NCBI GenBank assembly: GCA_045589375.1
Contig: JAZNOY010000042.1
Location: forward strand, 101-64,100
Origin: Acutalibacteraceae bacterium
Lineage (GTDB): Bacteria > Bacillota > Clostridia > Oscillospirales > Acutalibacteraceae
Length of the DNA stretch: 64,000 nt
Direction: 5' to 3'
Shown here: positions 1-10,054 of the stretch, in pieces
Layout: each line of letters starts with the position of its first letter
Numbering within the stretch: the stretch's first letter is position 1
The notes under the pieces: generated by a model
The model's database searches: none
The model's input: the letters and a program-made list of their open reading frames with translations, nothing else
Told to the model about the DNA's origin: nothing
Position numbers and translations under genes: made by a program

Positions 1-1086
1 GGAATGTGCAAAACCGTAGCCGACGGCCTTAAGCCCGGCAGTGATGTCGCAAACCTCTCGGTTTTGGGCTATGACCCGCTCGTTTCCTATACCGGCCGCT
101 CTCCGCTTGAGGCCGCTTCAATCGGTATTAATCTTCTTGATACCGATGTTACTCTGCGCTGTAATCTTGTAACGCTGAGCGATAATGAGCCATACGAAAG
201 CAAGGTAATGGTTGATTATTGTGCAGGCGATATTTCAACACAAGAGGCCGCCGAAATAATCGAAACAATCAAACAGGAGCTTGGTAATGATATATATACC
301 TTCTATGCAGGCGTAAGCTATCGGCATTGCCTTGTTGTTAAAAACGGAACAACCGAGCTTGGAACGCTAACCCCGCCCCACGATATAAGCGGCAAGGTTA
401 TAACCGATTATTTAAGCTCACACGATAATGCAAAACCGCTTATCGAGCTTATGAAGAAAAGCTACGAAATTCTAAAAAACCACCCTGTTAATATTAAAAG
501 GCGCGAAATGGGCCTTCGCACCGCCGATTCGATTTGGCTATGGGGCGAAGGAACTCGGCCGAGCGTTGAGGACTTTTTTGACAAAAACGGTGTTAAGGGT
601 GCAATTATAAGCGCAGTTGACCTGCTTAAAGGCATTGGCAAATGCGCCAATATGCTCGTTCCCGAGGTTGCGGGTGCTACGGGATATATCGATACCGATT
701 TCAGCGGTAAAGCCAATGCAGGCATCGAGGCATTAAAGAATGGATATGATTTGATTTATCTGCATTTTGAGGCTCCCGATGAATGCGGTCACCGCGGCGA
801 AGCTCAAAATAAGGTTCGTGCCATTGAGCTTATTGATTCACTCGCACTGAAGCCTATTCTCGATTATCTGAATGATTCGGGCGAGGATTACAGAATTTTA
901 ATAATGCCCGACCATCCCACACCGCTTGATATTAAAACCCATTCAAGCGCCCCTGTTCCCTATCTTATATATGACAGCCGCAAAAAGCTTTCGGGAGTTG
1001 AATGCTTTGATGAAGCTTCTGCTCGCAAAACCGGTAATTTTATTGAGCATGGTCCCTCTATTATGAGCCGACTTCTTATGAAATAA
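1..1086 (+). CDS. apgM: cofactor-independent phosphoglycerate mutase, ApgM-type (5' end cut by window edge)
   Basis: Frame is open to nt 1. It carries alkaline-phosphatase-superfamily metal-site motifs (HFEAPDECGHRG, MPDHPTP) as in archaeal-type iPGM. About 360 aa of an expected ~400 are present. Confidence 0.75.
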   Translation, partial: GMCKTVADGLKPGSDVANLSVLGYDPLVSYTGRSPLEAASIGINLLDTDVTLRCNLVTLSDNEPYESKVMVDYCAGDISTQEAAEIIETIKQELGNDIYTFYAGVSYRHCLVVKNGTTELGTLTPPHDISGKVITDYLSSHDNAKPLIELMKKSYEILKNHPVNIKRREMGLRTADSIWLWGEGTRPSVEDFFDKNGVKGAIISAVDLLKGIGKCANMLVPEVAGATGYIDTDFSGKANAGIEALKNGYDLIYLHFEAPDECGHRGEAQNKVRAIELIDSLALKPILDYLNDSGEDYRILIMPDHPTPLDIKTHSSAPVPYLIYDSRKKLSGVECFDEASARKTGNFIEHGPSIMSRLLMK

Positions 1087-1087
1087 T

Positions 1088-1768
1088 ATGAAAAGAACCA
1101 AGCTTAAAAACCGAGTTTTGCCCGACTATACTCGCGGCGAAGAAATATTTAATATGGTCAGCCACATAGTAGGCGGAGGCTTTGGTGTTATAGCGCTTGC
1201 GGGCTGTGTTATAAAAGCCTTTTTAAACCACGATGCATATCAAATTGTTAGTGCCTTTATTTACGGCTTTTCTATGGTTGTCCTTTATACTATGTCAAGC
1301 GTATATCACGGTCTTCGGCCCGAAACGGCAAAAAAGGTTATGCAAATTATCGACCACTGCACTATTTTTATATTGATTGCAGGCACCTATACACCCATCT
1401 CCCTTTGTGCCCTCAGAACAAAAAATGCGGCTGTGGGTTGGATAATTTTCGGTGTAGTTTGGGGCGTTTCGGCGCTCGGTATAACCCTTAACGCCATTGA
1501 CCTTAAAAAATACAATGTTTTTTCTTATATCTGTTATTTGGTACTTGGCTGGTGCATTGTTATGCCCGGCAAAATAACAATAAGTGCCTTAGATTCACGC
1601 GCATTTGCACTCTTGCTTGCAGGCGGTGCCGCATATACAATCGGTGCTGTATTGTATGCTGTTGCCGCTCAAAAAACCGTTAGATATTTTCACTCGGTTT
1701 TTCATATATTTGTAGTTATAGGAAGCATTTTACACGGTCTTGCCATTTTCCTTTATATCCTTGTTTGA
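1088..1768 (+). CDS. hemolysin III / PAQR family membrane protein
   Basis: Seven hydrophobic segments. Family motifs are EEIFNMVSH, SSVYHG, IDHCTIF and HSVFHIFV. It starts 2 nt after the apgM stop. Confidence 0.85.
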   Translation: MKRTKLKNRVLPDYTRGEEIFNMVSHIVGGGFGVIALAGCVIKAFLNHDAYQIVSAFIYGFSMVVLYTMSSVYHGLRPETAKKVMQIIDHCTIFILIAGTYTPISLCALRTKNAAVGWIIFGVVWGVSALGITLNAIDLKKYNVFSYICYLVLGWCIVMPGKITISALDSRAFALLLAGGAAYTIGAVLYAVAAQKTVRYFHSVFHIFVVIGSILHGLAIFLYILV

Positions 1769-1770
1769 AC

Positions 1771-1809
1771 AAAGGCGCTCAAAGAAATCTCTTTGAGCGC
1801 CTTTTTTTA
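1771..1809. terminator. bidirectional intrinsic terminator between the hemolysin-III gene and the convergent AraC gene
   Basis: 13-bp perfect stem aaggcgctcaaag/ctttgagcgcctt followed by a T-run, with an A-run on the other side. Confidence 0.75.
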
Positions 1810-2652
1810 TTTAATTATAATCTTTTGCTCTTGACTGTTTTCTCGCTTAGGGCTTACACCAAAATACTTTCGATAGAGCCGATAGAAAGAAGAATATTCC
1901 TTAAACCCACATTCACTGCTCGCCTTAATTGCACCCTCGCCCGATAAAATTTTCTCACGGGCACTCAAAAGTCTTTTAACGGTTATGTATTTCCAAATCG
2001 AGCTGCCCGTAGCTCTATTGAAAATTCGATTTATCTGCGAGGGGCTTAAATAAAATCGTGCACCAATGCTCTCAAGTGAGAGCTCCTCAAAAAGATGCCT
2101 GTTAATATAGTTGATAAGCCGAACGGAAATATCATTGTTTTGTGTGGCGGCATCACCCTTTTCAAGCTTCGCGATATAGGCCTTATAAATCTCGGTAAGT
2201 ATTGCCAAAAGCTTTGCTTTAACATCGAGCTCGAGCGGTAATTTGCCCTCGCTTATCCCCTCAAAGCATTGGGCACAAAGATTGTTATCGAACTCCTCTA
2301 AGCTGTATTTATTAAGTGTGCCGAGCTTTCTTTCATAAAAGGGACGCATCAATTCGCCACTGCTATCAAAGTCCTTAATAATTGAAACGGGGAAATGAAT
2401 AGACACTCGTTCATAGGGTTCACTCCCGCGGATATGCGGATTATGAGCCTCAGAAGGACGCATTATCATAATGTCTCCTTTGTGAAGCGTATATTCATTA
2501 CCTTCAACATAATATGCCACATTTCCCGATATAAAATAATATATTTCGGGCTTATCGTGGGCATGCATAAGAAAATCGGTTTGCTCAGGCGGATTTGAAA
2601 TAAGATGGTGTCCATCAAAACCGCCGCTTATTAGCTTGAATTGATTGCTCAT
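1807..2652 (-). CDS. AraC family transcriptional regulator (N-terminal cupin, C-terminal HTH)
   Basis: Cupin-like N-terminal half. The C-terminal half has the AraC double HTH (SPSQINRIFNRATGSSIWKYI...FKEYSSFYRLYRKYFGVSP). It is divergent from the sugar cassette. Confidence 0.85.
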   Translation of the reverse strand: MSNQFKLISGGFDGHHLISNPPEQTDFLMHAHDKPEIYYFISGNVAYYVEGNEYTLHKGDIMIMRPSEAHNPHIRGSEPYERVSIHFPVSIIKDFDSSGELMRPFYERKLGTLNKYSLEEFDNNLCAQCFEGISEGKLPLELDVKAKLLAILTEIYKAYIAKLEKGDAATQNNDISVRLINYINRHLFEELSLESIGARFYLSPSQINRIFNRATGSSIWKYITVKRLLSAREKILSGEGAIKASSECGFKEYSSFYRLYRKYFGVSPKRENSQEQKIIIK

Positions 2653-2779
2653 ATTATCACCTGTTTATATTATAGCATTTTATGCTCAAAAACGCAATAT
2701 ATAATGCTTGATTTTGCAATTGCATTGTCAATACAAGCCATATATAATGAAAATATCAATCATATTAGGAGGTTTTAAT

Positions 2780-3634
2780 ATGGACAAAATAAAAATTTAC
2801 GCGTTTGCCGATGAAGCCGATGCCAACATAGACGGCCAAATCAAAGCCATGCAGGAAAATGAGCTTGACGGCCTTGAAATAAGAGGAGTTGACGGTGAAA
2901 ACATTTCCTCAATTTCGCTTGAAAAAGCAGCCGAGGTTAAATCTAAGCTTGATGCCGCAGGACTTTCTGTTTGGTCTATAGGCTCACCCATTGGTAAAAT
3001 AGATATAGAAAAAGATGATTTTGAAAAAGAAAAGGCAAGATTTATCCATACCCTCGAGGTCGCAAAGATTTTATGCGCACCGAATATAAGGCTTTTTTCC
3101 TTCTTTATTCCAAAGAATAAAGACCCAAAAGAGTTTAAAGACGAGGTTATAGCGCGTCTTAAGACCTATGTTGAGCTTGCAAAGGGCTACGATATTGACC
3201 TTTGCCACGAAAACGAAAAGGGTATCTACGGCGACAATGCCGAGCGTTGTCTTGAGATTTTAACCGAGGTGCCGGAGCTTAAGGGCATTTTCGACCCTGC
3301 AAACTTCATTCAGTGCGGTGTTGATACCAAAGCTGCTTGGGATATGCTCAAGCCTTACATTAAATATATGCATATAAAGGATGCTCTTGCAGACGGAAGC
3401 GTTGTTCCCGCAGGCTGCGGCGAAGGCAATCTTCAAGAGATAGTAGGAGATTTTATCGGCTTGGGCGGAGAAGCTTTTACCCTTGAGCCGCACTTAACCA
3501 TATTCAGCGGACTAGAGGGCCTCGAGCGCGAGGGTGACACAAGCGAAATCGGAAAGAAATTTGTTTACGAAAGTCCTGTTGAGGCATTTAACGCTGCGTG
3601 TGACGCCTTTAAGAATATCGCAAGCAAAATTTGA
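2780..3634 (+). CDS. sugar phosphate isomerase/epimerase (xylose-isomerase-like TIM barrel)
   Basis: Start is placed at ATG 2780, 7 nt after the AGGAGG at 2767-2772; the track ORF begins earlier at 2708. The sequence pattern, including HENE, is typical of the AP_endonuc_2/TIM family. Confidence 0.75.
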   Translation: MDKIKIYAFADEADANIDGQIKAMQENELDGLEIRGVDGENISSISLEKAAEVKSKLDAAGLSVWSIGSPIGKIDIEKDDFEKEKARFIHTLEVAKILCAPNIRLFSFFIPKNKDPKEFKDEVIARLKTYVELAKGYDIDLCHENEKGIYGDNAERCLEILTEVPELKGIFDPANFIQCGVDTKAAWDMLKPYIKYMHIKDALADGSVVPAGCGEGNLQEIVGDFIGLGGEAFTLEPHLTIFSGLEGLEREGDTSEIGKKFVYESPVEAFNAACDAFKNIASKI

Positions 3635-3642
3635 GGTGTATT

Positions 3643-4386
3643 ATGAAAATAGGAGCACAACTGTATACCGTTAGAGATTTTTGCAAGGATACCGACTCCC
3701 TTTTTGAAACGCTTAAAAAAATAGCTGATATAGGATATAAATATATTCAGGTTTCGGGAGTTTGTGAATACGATGCGGCTTGGCTTAAAAATGCGCTTGA
3801 GCAAACAGGACTTAAATGTGTTTTAACCCACATCCCCGCAGAGAAGCTCATTAACGAAACCGATAAGGCAATAAATGAACATAATATTTTTGATTGCCGT
3901 TATATCGGGCTTGGGTATTTTGATTTTGCAAAAGAAAATGCCTTCGCGGAATTTATAAATGAGTTTTCTTCCCCCGCAAAAAAGTTATCGGAAAACAATA
4001 AACACTTTATGTATCACAATCATTCAAGCGAGTTTATAAAGCTTGAGGGCAAAACCATCCTTGAGCATTTAGCAGAGCACTTTCCACCTAATGAAATGGG
4101 ATTCACCTTTGATACCTACTGGGCTCAGCATGCGGGTGCCGACCCTGCAGAATTTTTAAAGCTGCTTGCAAACAGAATCCCCTGCATCCACCTTAAAGAC
4201 CACAAATATAACGGAGATATGGCAGTAATAGGTGAAGGAAATATAAACTTTGATAGAGTTTTTGCCGCAGCGAAAGCAGGCAACACGGAATATATGCTTG
4301 TTGAGCAGGATGATTGCTACGGTGAAAACCCCTTTGAATGTTTGAAACGAAGCTATAAAAATTTAAAGTCCCTTGGATTTGAATAA
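3643..4386 (+). CDS. sugar phosphate isomerase/epimerase (xylose-isomerase-like TIM barrel)
   Basis: ATG 3643 is preferred over the TTG at 3631. The N-terminus MKIGAQLYTVRD is typical of this family, and there is a conserved HLKD/EQD pattern. Confidence 0.75.
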   Translation: MKIGAQLYTVRDFCKDTDSLFETLKKIADIGYKYIQVSGVCEYDAAWLKNALEQTGLKCVLTHIPAEKLINETDKAINEHNIFDCRYIGLGYFDFAKENAFAEFINEFSSPAKKLSENNKHFMYHNHSSEFIKLEGKTILEHLAEHFPPNEMGFTFDTYWAQHAGADPAEFLKLLANRIPCIHLKDHKYNGDMAVIGEGNINFDRVFAAAKAGNTEYMLVEQDDCYGENPFECLKRSYKNLKSLGFE

Positions 4387-4399
4387 GGAGAGATTAAAT

Positions 4400-5575
4400 A
4401 TGGAAAAACAAATAAAACTCGGTATAATCGGAATTGGTAATATGGGCTCGTCCCACGCAAACAACATATTAAAAGGCAGTTGCCCTAATCTTAAAATTAC
4501 TGCAGTTGCCGATATAAACCCCGATAGACTCGATTGGGCTCGAAAAAATATCGGCGAAGATGTTCTTTTGTTCAATAATGCCGAAGAAATGATTACAAGC
4601 AAAGCCATTGAGGCTTGCTTAGTAGCCGTTCCCCACTATGACCACGCTAAATACGCCATTATGTGCATAGAAAACGGCATACATGTTATGGTAGAAAAGC
4701 CTGCAGGCGTTTACACAAAGCAGGTCAAGGAGATGAACGCTGTATCAAAAAAGCATCCCGAGGTTGTTTTCGGTATGATGTTTAATCAACGCACCAATCA
4801 TATATACAGAAAAACTCGTGAGCTTATAAAATCAGGCGTTTATGGCCAAATCCGCAGAACTAACTGGCTTATTACCAATTGGTATAGACCGCAGTGCTAC
4901 TATGATTCGGGCGCTTGGCGTGCCACTTGGTCAGGCGAAGGCGGCGGAGTGCTTTTAAATCAATGCCCCCATCAGCTCGACCTATGGCAATGGATTTGCG
5001 GAATGCCAAAAACGGTTGAGGCTCATCTGCATTTCGGCAAGTGGCACGATATTGAGGTTGAGGACGATGTTACCGCTTATGTTGAGTATGAAAACGGCGC
5101 AACCGGTGTTTTCATAACCTCGACGGGCGATGCTCACGGCACAAATCGTTTTGAAATACAGCTTGACAAGGCAAAAATCGTTATTGAAGACGATAAGCTT
5201 CAAGTTCTTGAATACGAAATGACCGAGCAGGAGTTTTCTGCTACCAACACCGAATCCTTTGGCTCAGTTAAGGCAAATATTGTTGATGTTAAAACCGATG
5301 GCAAAAACGAACAGCACATTGGCGTTTTAAATGCATGGTCCGGTGCAATTCTTGAAGGCACTCCTTTGATTGCCGAAGGTGCTGAGGGTATAAACGGACT
5401 TACCCTTTCAAACGCTATGCATCTCTCCTCTTTCTTAAATAAAAAAATCGAGCTTCCCTTTGATGATGAGCTGTATTATGACGAACTTATGAAAAGGGTT
5501 AAAAATTCTCGTAAAAAGGAGAATGTTGCGGCCACGTTTGCAGATACCTCTAAAACCTATGGAGGCAACAAATAA
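4400..5575 (+). CDS. Gfo/Idh/MocA family NAD(P)-dependent oxidoreductase
   Basis: ATG 4400 follows AAGGAG. Rossmann motif GIIGIGNMG, EKP motif, and a C-terminal alpha/beta domain (GGGVLLNQCPHQLDLWQW). Confidence 0.85.
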   Translation: MEKQIKLGIIGIGNMGSSHANNILKGSCPNLKITAVADINPDRLDWARKNIGEDVLLFNNAEEMITSKAIEACLVAVPHYDHAKYAIMCIENGIHVMVEKPAGVYTKQVKEMNAVSKKHPEVVFGMMFNQRTNHIYRKTRELIKSGVYGQIRRTNWLITNWYRPQCYYDSGAWRATWSGEGGGVLLNQCPHQLDLWQWICGMPKTVEAHLHFGKWHDIEVEDDVTAYVEYENGATGVFITSTGDAHGTNRFEIQLDKAKIVIEDDKLQVLEYEMTEQEFSATNTESFGSVKANIVDVKTDGKNEQHIGVLNAWSGAILEGTPLIAEGAEGINGLTLSNAMHLSSFLNKKIELPFDDELYYDELMKRVKNSRKKENVAATFADTSKTYGGNK

Positions 5576-5587
5576 CAGGAGGCATTT

Positions 5588-6763
5588 ATGTCTAATCTTT
5601 CGGTTGGTGTTATAGGAATAGGCAATATGGGCTCTGCCCATGCAAACTGCATATATAAGGGCGAGATTAAAGGTATGCGCCTTGCCGCCGTTTGCGATAT
5701 AGACCTTCAAAAGCTTAATGCATTTAAAAAAATTTGTCCCAACATTCCAAGCTTTTGCAATTATACCGATTTGCTTGAAAGCGGTCTTGTTGATACCGTT
5801 ATAATTGCAGTTCCTCATAATCTGCATGCTATTATAGCCATTGACGCTTTAAATGCCGATATGAATGTATTGATTGAAAAGCCTGCCGATATATCCGTTA
5901 CGGCGGCAAAAAATCTCAACCAAGCAGCCCAAAAAAGCGATAAGGTTTTCGGAATAATGTTTAATCAGCGCACAAATCCGCTCTTTGCAAAAGCGCGTGA
6001 AATCGTAAAATCAGGACAGCTTGGTGAGCTTAAACGGACAGTTTGGATTATTACCAACTGGTATCGCACGCAACACTACTATGATTCGGGCTCTTGGCGC
6101 GCCACCTGGGCGGGCGAAGGCGGCGGAGTGCTTTTAAATCAAGCGCCTCACCAGCTTGATTTATGGCAATGGATTTGCGGAATGCCAACAAGTGTTACCG
6201 CCAATTGCTTTGAAGGCAAATACCACGATATTGAGGTTGAGGACGACGCTATAATTTTAACCCGTTTTGAAAACGGCGCCACGGGAGCCTTTATAACCTC
6301 AACGGGTGAGGCACCCGGAACAAACCGACTTGAAATAACGGGCACGCTCGGCAAGCTTGTTATCGAGGATGGGGTTCTTAAATGGTGGCAGCTCGGCACC
6401 GATGAGCGAGAGCTTAACAAAAACTGCCCTGATGCTTTTCCAAGCTATCAACAAAGCTACAAGGGAATTAGGCAAATCGAGGCTGAAAGCGCACACAAGG
6501 GAATTCTCCAAAACTTTGCAAACGCTTGTATAAGCGGTGAAGAATTAATCGCCAAGGGCACCGACGGCATTTTATCACTCACAATATCAAATGCCGCATA
6601 TCTATCCTCTTGGCAGGGTGGTATCCCCGTTTCCCTTCCCTTTGATGAGAAAAAATTCAATGAGATTCTCACAAAAAAAGCTGCCGCTTCAAGCTATAGG
6701 CCTGAGCCCTATAAAGAAAAGCTAAAGGCCGAGTATAAAAAAAGATGGTCGGTTAATTGGTAA
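5588..6763 (+). CDS. Gfo/Idh/MocA family NAD(P)-dependent oxidoreductase (paralog of the preceding gene)
   Basis: GVIGIGNMG, EKP and GGGVLLNQAPHQLDLWQWICGMP. It aligns with the upstream paralog over its full length. Confidence 0.85.
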   Translation: MSNLSVGVIGIGNMGSAHANCIYKGEIKGMRLAAVCDIDLQKLNAFKKICPNIPSFCNYTDLLESGLVDTVIIAVPHNLHAIIAIDALNADMNVLIEKPADISVTAAKNLNQAAQKSDKVFGIMFNQRTNPLFAKAREIVKSGQLGELKRTVWIITNWYRTQHYYDSGSWRATWAGEGGGVLLNQAPHQLDLWQWICGMPTSVTANCFEGKYHDIEVEDDAIILTRFENGATGAFITSTGEAPGTNRLEITGTLGKLVIEDGVLKWWQLGTDERELNKNCPDAFPSYQQSYKGIRQIEAESAHKGILQNFANACISGEELIAKGTDGILSLTISNAAYLSSWQGGIPVSLPFDEKKFNEILTKKAAASSYRPEPYKEKLKAEYKKRWSVNW

Positions 6764-6766
6764 ACA

Positions 6767-6800
6767 AAAAAGCTGTGATGAGCCTCATCACAGCTTTTTA
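6767..6800. terminator. bidirectional intrinsic terminator
   Basis: Stem aaagctgtgatgag/ctcatcacagcttt flanked by A- and T-runs, lying between convergent genes. Confidence 0.75.
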
Positions 6801-6804
6801 TCTT

Positions 6805-7962
6805 TTATTTTTTCTCGGCGTTTTTTTCTTTTGTGCGGGAATTAAGTTGCGTTGATACAAATTCGGCAAGAGAGAAATAGACAATTGAGCAAATCGGAAC
6901 TCCCAACAGCATTCCGAGAACGCCGAATAAATTACCGCCCACAGTTACTGCAACGAGCACCCAAATTCCCGGAAGACCTACCGATTTTCCTACAACATGA
7001 GGATAAATGAGGTTGCCCTCTATTTGCTGAAGAATTATTATGAACACAACAAACCAAAGCGCTTTAATTGGGCTATCAACCAAAATTAAAAATGCACCGA
7101 TAGCAGTTCCTATAAGTGCGCCGAATATCGGAATAAGTGCCATTATGCCTATTAAAATTGCTATAACATAGGCATAGGGCATCTTAAATATAGTCATACC
7201 TATAAAGCAAAGCGTTGCCAAGATAATTGCCTCAAGCACCTGACCGGTAATGAAGTTAGTGAAGGTCTTTTTAACCTTATCCGTAAAGCTAAACAGGCTT
7301 TCTGCCTTGTTTTTATTCATAAAGGCTACAGCAAGCTTTCTAAGCTGTCTGCCAAGCTTTTCTTTTGACGCCAAAAGATATACCGAGAACACAAAGCCGA
7401 TGAATATATCCACAACCGCGCCAAATACCGCTGTGGTTGTTTTGATTGTTTGGTCTACAAGCCTTTCACCTATATTGGTAAGCCAGCTTGTAAGCTTTGA
7501 AAATATACCTGTCTCACCGCTAAATTCCGGAAGTGTTATTGAAAACTTTTCAAGTGTTTTGGATAGGCTTGCCCATTTTCCTTTAAGGCCCTCAAAATAT
7601 TCGGGTAATTTTTCAGCTATCGTTATAAGCGTTCTGCTAACCTCAGGAATTACTACGAACATAACAGCAAAAATCACGCCCAGAACAATTATCATTGAAA
7701 GTGTAAGCGACACGGGGCGCTTTATTTTTTTATAAAATTTTTCTTGCTTTTTAAAAATTTTCTTAAGCAAGCTTTCAAACGGCTTCATTAAAAGATTAAC
7801 AACAAAGGCGATACAAAAGCCGATAATAAACGGCGTTAACACGGATATGATTTTTCCTATCCAACTGCCTATCACCGTTAGATTGAGCGCCGCCCAAAGC
7901 ATAAGAATACTGATTGCAACGATAAAAAGAATCTGCTTAGTAGTCTTTTTGTTTATTTCCAA
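6805..7962 (-). CDS. AI-2E family transporter (PerM/UPF0118)
   Basis: 385-aa polytopic membrane protein. Its length and TM pattern, and the C-terminal GxxGxxLxxP-type motif (GMLLGVPI), fit the AI-2E family. Confidence 0.8.
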   Translation of the reverse strand: MEINKKTTKQILFIVAISILMLWAALNLTVIGSWIGKIISVLTPFIIGFCIAFVVNLLMKPFESLLKKIFKKQEKFYKKIKRPVSLTLSMIIVLGVIFAVMFVVIPEVSRTLITIAEKLPEYFEGLKGKWASLSKTLEKFSITLPEFSGETGIFSKLTSWLTNIGERLVDQTIKTTTAVFGAVVDIFIGFVFSVYLLASKEKLGRQLRKLAVAFMNKNKAESLFSFTDKVKKTFTNFITGQVLEAIILATLCFIGMTIFKMPYAYVIAILIGIMALIPIFGALIGTAIGAFLILVDSPIKALWFVVFIIILQQIEGNLIYPHVVGKSVGLPGIWVLVAVTVGGNLFGVLGMLLGVPICSIVYFSLAEFVSTQLNSRTKEKNAEKK

Positions 7963-7990
7963 AGCGGAACACCTCCATATATAAAATTAT

Positions 7991-8794
7991 TTATTCGTCC
8001 TTTAGCTCTAAGGTCCTATTATACGAAGCCTTTACAGTTTTATCCAAAAGCTCGTAAAGCCCATTTTCTCGAAGTGCCTCAACACCCTCTATCGTGGTGC
8101 CTTTAGGACTGCAAACCTCATCAACAAGCACGCTTATTTCCTTATCACTTGTCTGTGCAAGTCTTGCCGCACCTTCAACGGTTTTAAGAGCGTAAAGCTT
8201 TGCTTTATCAGAGTCAAGTCCACACTTTTGAGCGGCCTTAGACAACGCCTCGGCAAACATATAAACAAATGCCGGCCCGCAACCCGATACCACGCTTGCG
8301 GCATCTATTTTTTCTTCGACTATATAATCAAGCAATCCAACACCCGCTAATATATCGGTGAATTCCTCGAGCATTTGCTCATCGACAAGGTTATTATAAC
8401 AATATAAGATTACTCCTCTTTCTACCGAACACGGCATATTAGGCATAATGCGGATGACGGGAAGCTTGGCGCCTATATACTGCTCAATTTTAGCAGCTTC
8501 AACGCCCGCCGCCATCGTTACAATAACAGCCTCGCGATTTGCCCTTATGGCCTCGGCCACCGAAGAAAGCACATTTTCAAGCATTTGCGGCTTAACCGCC
8601 AAAAAGATATATTTTGAATGGCTTACAAGCTCTGATATATCGAGAAGCTTTACACCCTCGCGGGTGAATTTTTCTGCCTTTTCTGGAATTTTTTCACAAA
8701 CACAGCAATTTGGGGCTCCGATATTTTTATGAGCGGCACTAAGCAAAACTCCGCCCATATTACCGCAACCGATAAAGCCTACCTTATACTTCAT
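7991..8794 (-). CDS. proC: pyrroline-5-carboxylate reductase
   Basis: GFIGCGNMGG dinucleotide fold and a C-terminal P5CR dimerisation domain (SPKGTTIEG). It is the last gene of the proBAC operon. Confidence 0.9.
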   Translation of the reverse strand: MKYKVGFIGCGNMGGVLLSAAHKNIGAPNCCVCEKIPEKAEKFTREGVKLLDISELVSHSKYIFLAVKPQMLENVLSSVAEAIRANREAVIVTMAAGVEAAKIEQYIGAKLPVIRIMPNMPCSVERGVILYCYNNLVDEQMLEEFTDILAGVGLLDYIVEEKIDAASVVSGCGPAFVYMFAEALSKAAQKCGLDSDKAKLYALKTVEGAARLAQTSDKEISVLVDEVCSPKGTTIEGVEALRENGLYELLDKTVKASYNRTLELKDE

Positions 8795-8803
8795 TTATAT
8801 CAC

Positions 8804-10054
8804 CTATCTAATTTGTCCGTTTCCGCGGATTACATATTTATATGTGTTAAGCTCATTAAGCCCCATCGGCCCTCTTGCATGGAGTTTTTGGGTTGATATG
8901 CCGATTTCGGTGCCGTTGCCGAACTCACCGCCATCGGTGAAGCGAGTTGAGGCATTAACATAAACCGCCGCACTATCAACCGATGAAATAAATCTCTCGG
9001 CGTTTTCACTCGTTTCGGTTATAATTGCATCGCTATGATGGGTTGAATGAGCATCAATATGGGATATTGCCTCATCAACATTTTCTACAATTTTAACCGC
9101 CAAAATATAATCTAAAAACTCAGTATTAAAATCATTTTCCGTGGCCGCGCTGCCCTCAATTATCTTTTGCGCCTTTTCACAAAGGCGAAGCTCAACGGGA
9201 ATCTCACCCTTTGCAATTCTATCATCAACAAGACGCTTTTTAAGAAACGGTAAAAACTCCTGCGCTATATCCTCGCTAACCAAGCAAACCTCCTCGGCAT
9301 TGCAAACCGAAGGTCTACTCGTTTTGGCATTTTCAATAATATCAAGTGCCATTTCGATTTTAGCACTTTTATCAACATAAATATGGCATATGCCTGTTCC
9401 CGTTTCTATGCACGCAACGGTAGCATTCTCAACGCAAGCTCGTATAAGCCCTGCCCCGCCTCGCGGGATAAGCAAATCAACATATTTATTGGCGGTCATA
9501 AGAATTTGGGCGCTTTCGCGGGAGCGGTCCTCGCAAAGATTTATAAGGCACCTTGGAAGTCCCAACCTTGCAAGAGCATTTTGCATTGCATCTACAATAG
9601 CCTTGCAGGAAAAATAGCTTTCCTTGCCTGAGCGCAGAACACAAACATTGCCGCTTTTTATTGCGAGCGCTGCAGTATCCGCCGAAACATTGGGGCGACT
9701 TTCAAAAATCACCGCAACCACTCCGAAGGGAACGGAAAGCTTTGAAATTTGAAGTCCGTTAGGGGCGTTTTTTTCGGCGAGCACTCGACCTACGGGGTCA
9801 GGAAGCTTTGCCACCTGCTTTATGCCCTCGGCCATAGAAACAATTCGCTCCTTGGTTAGCAAAAGCCTATCGACCATAACGCTTGAAAGATGGGTTGCCG
9901 CCTCAACATCTTTTTTGTTGGCGGCTAAAATGCTATCACTTTCCTCTATTAAGCATTCAGCCATCGTGTTAAGCGCAAGATTTTTTTGCGCGGTTGAAAG
10001 CGTTGCCGCCGTGTTTACCTCTTTTTTTGCTTTTTCGAGCATCTGATAAGTCAT
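8804..10054 (-). CDS. proA: glutamate-5-semialdehyde dehydrogenase
   Basis: 416-aa aldehyde dehydrogenase fold with ProA blocks (IFESRPNV, CNAEE, HSTHHSDAI, NASTRFTDG). Confidence 0.95.
   Translation of the reverse strand: MTYQMLEKAKKEVNTAATLSTAQKNLALNTMAECLIEESDSILAANKKDVEAATHLSSVMVDRLLLTKERIVSMAEGIKQVAKLPDPVGRVLAEKNAPNGLQISKLSVPFGVVAVIFESRPNVSADTAALAIKSGNVCVLRSGKESYFSCKAIVDAMQNALARLGLPRCLINLCEDRSRESAQILMTANKYVDLLIPRGGAGLIRACVENATVACIETGTGICHIYVDKSAKIEMALDIIENAKTSRPSVCNAEEVCLVSEDIAQEFLPFLKKRLVDDRIAKGEIPVELRLCEKAQKIIEGSAATENDFNTEFLDYILAVKIVENVDEAISHIDAHSTHHSDAIITETSENAERFISSVDSAAVYVNASTRFTDGGEFGNGTEIGISTQKLHARGPMGLNELNTYKYVIRGNGQIR

Noticed and set aside
1765-1947. 60-aa plus-strand ORF after the hemolysin-III gene
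   Set aside because: It begins inside the terminator hairpin and runs antisense through the 3' end of the AraC gene. It has no RBS.
7250-7735. Long antisense ORFs inside well-supported genes. This one is 161 aa. Others are at 36503-36961, 46286-46759, 45174-45530, 23012-23593, 20689-21162, 16717-17139 and 38079-38513.
   Set aside because: Each is a shadow frame opposite a gene with clear family motifs. The translations are Ser/Leu/Pro-rich with no RBS or recognisable domain.
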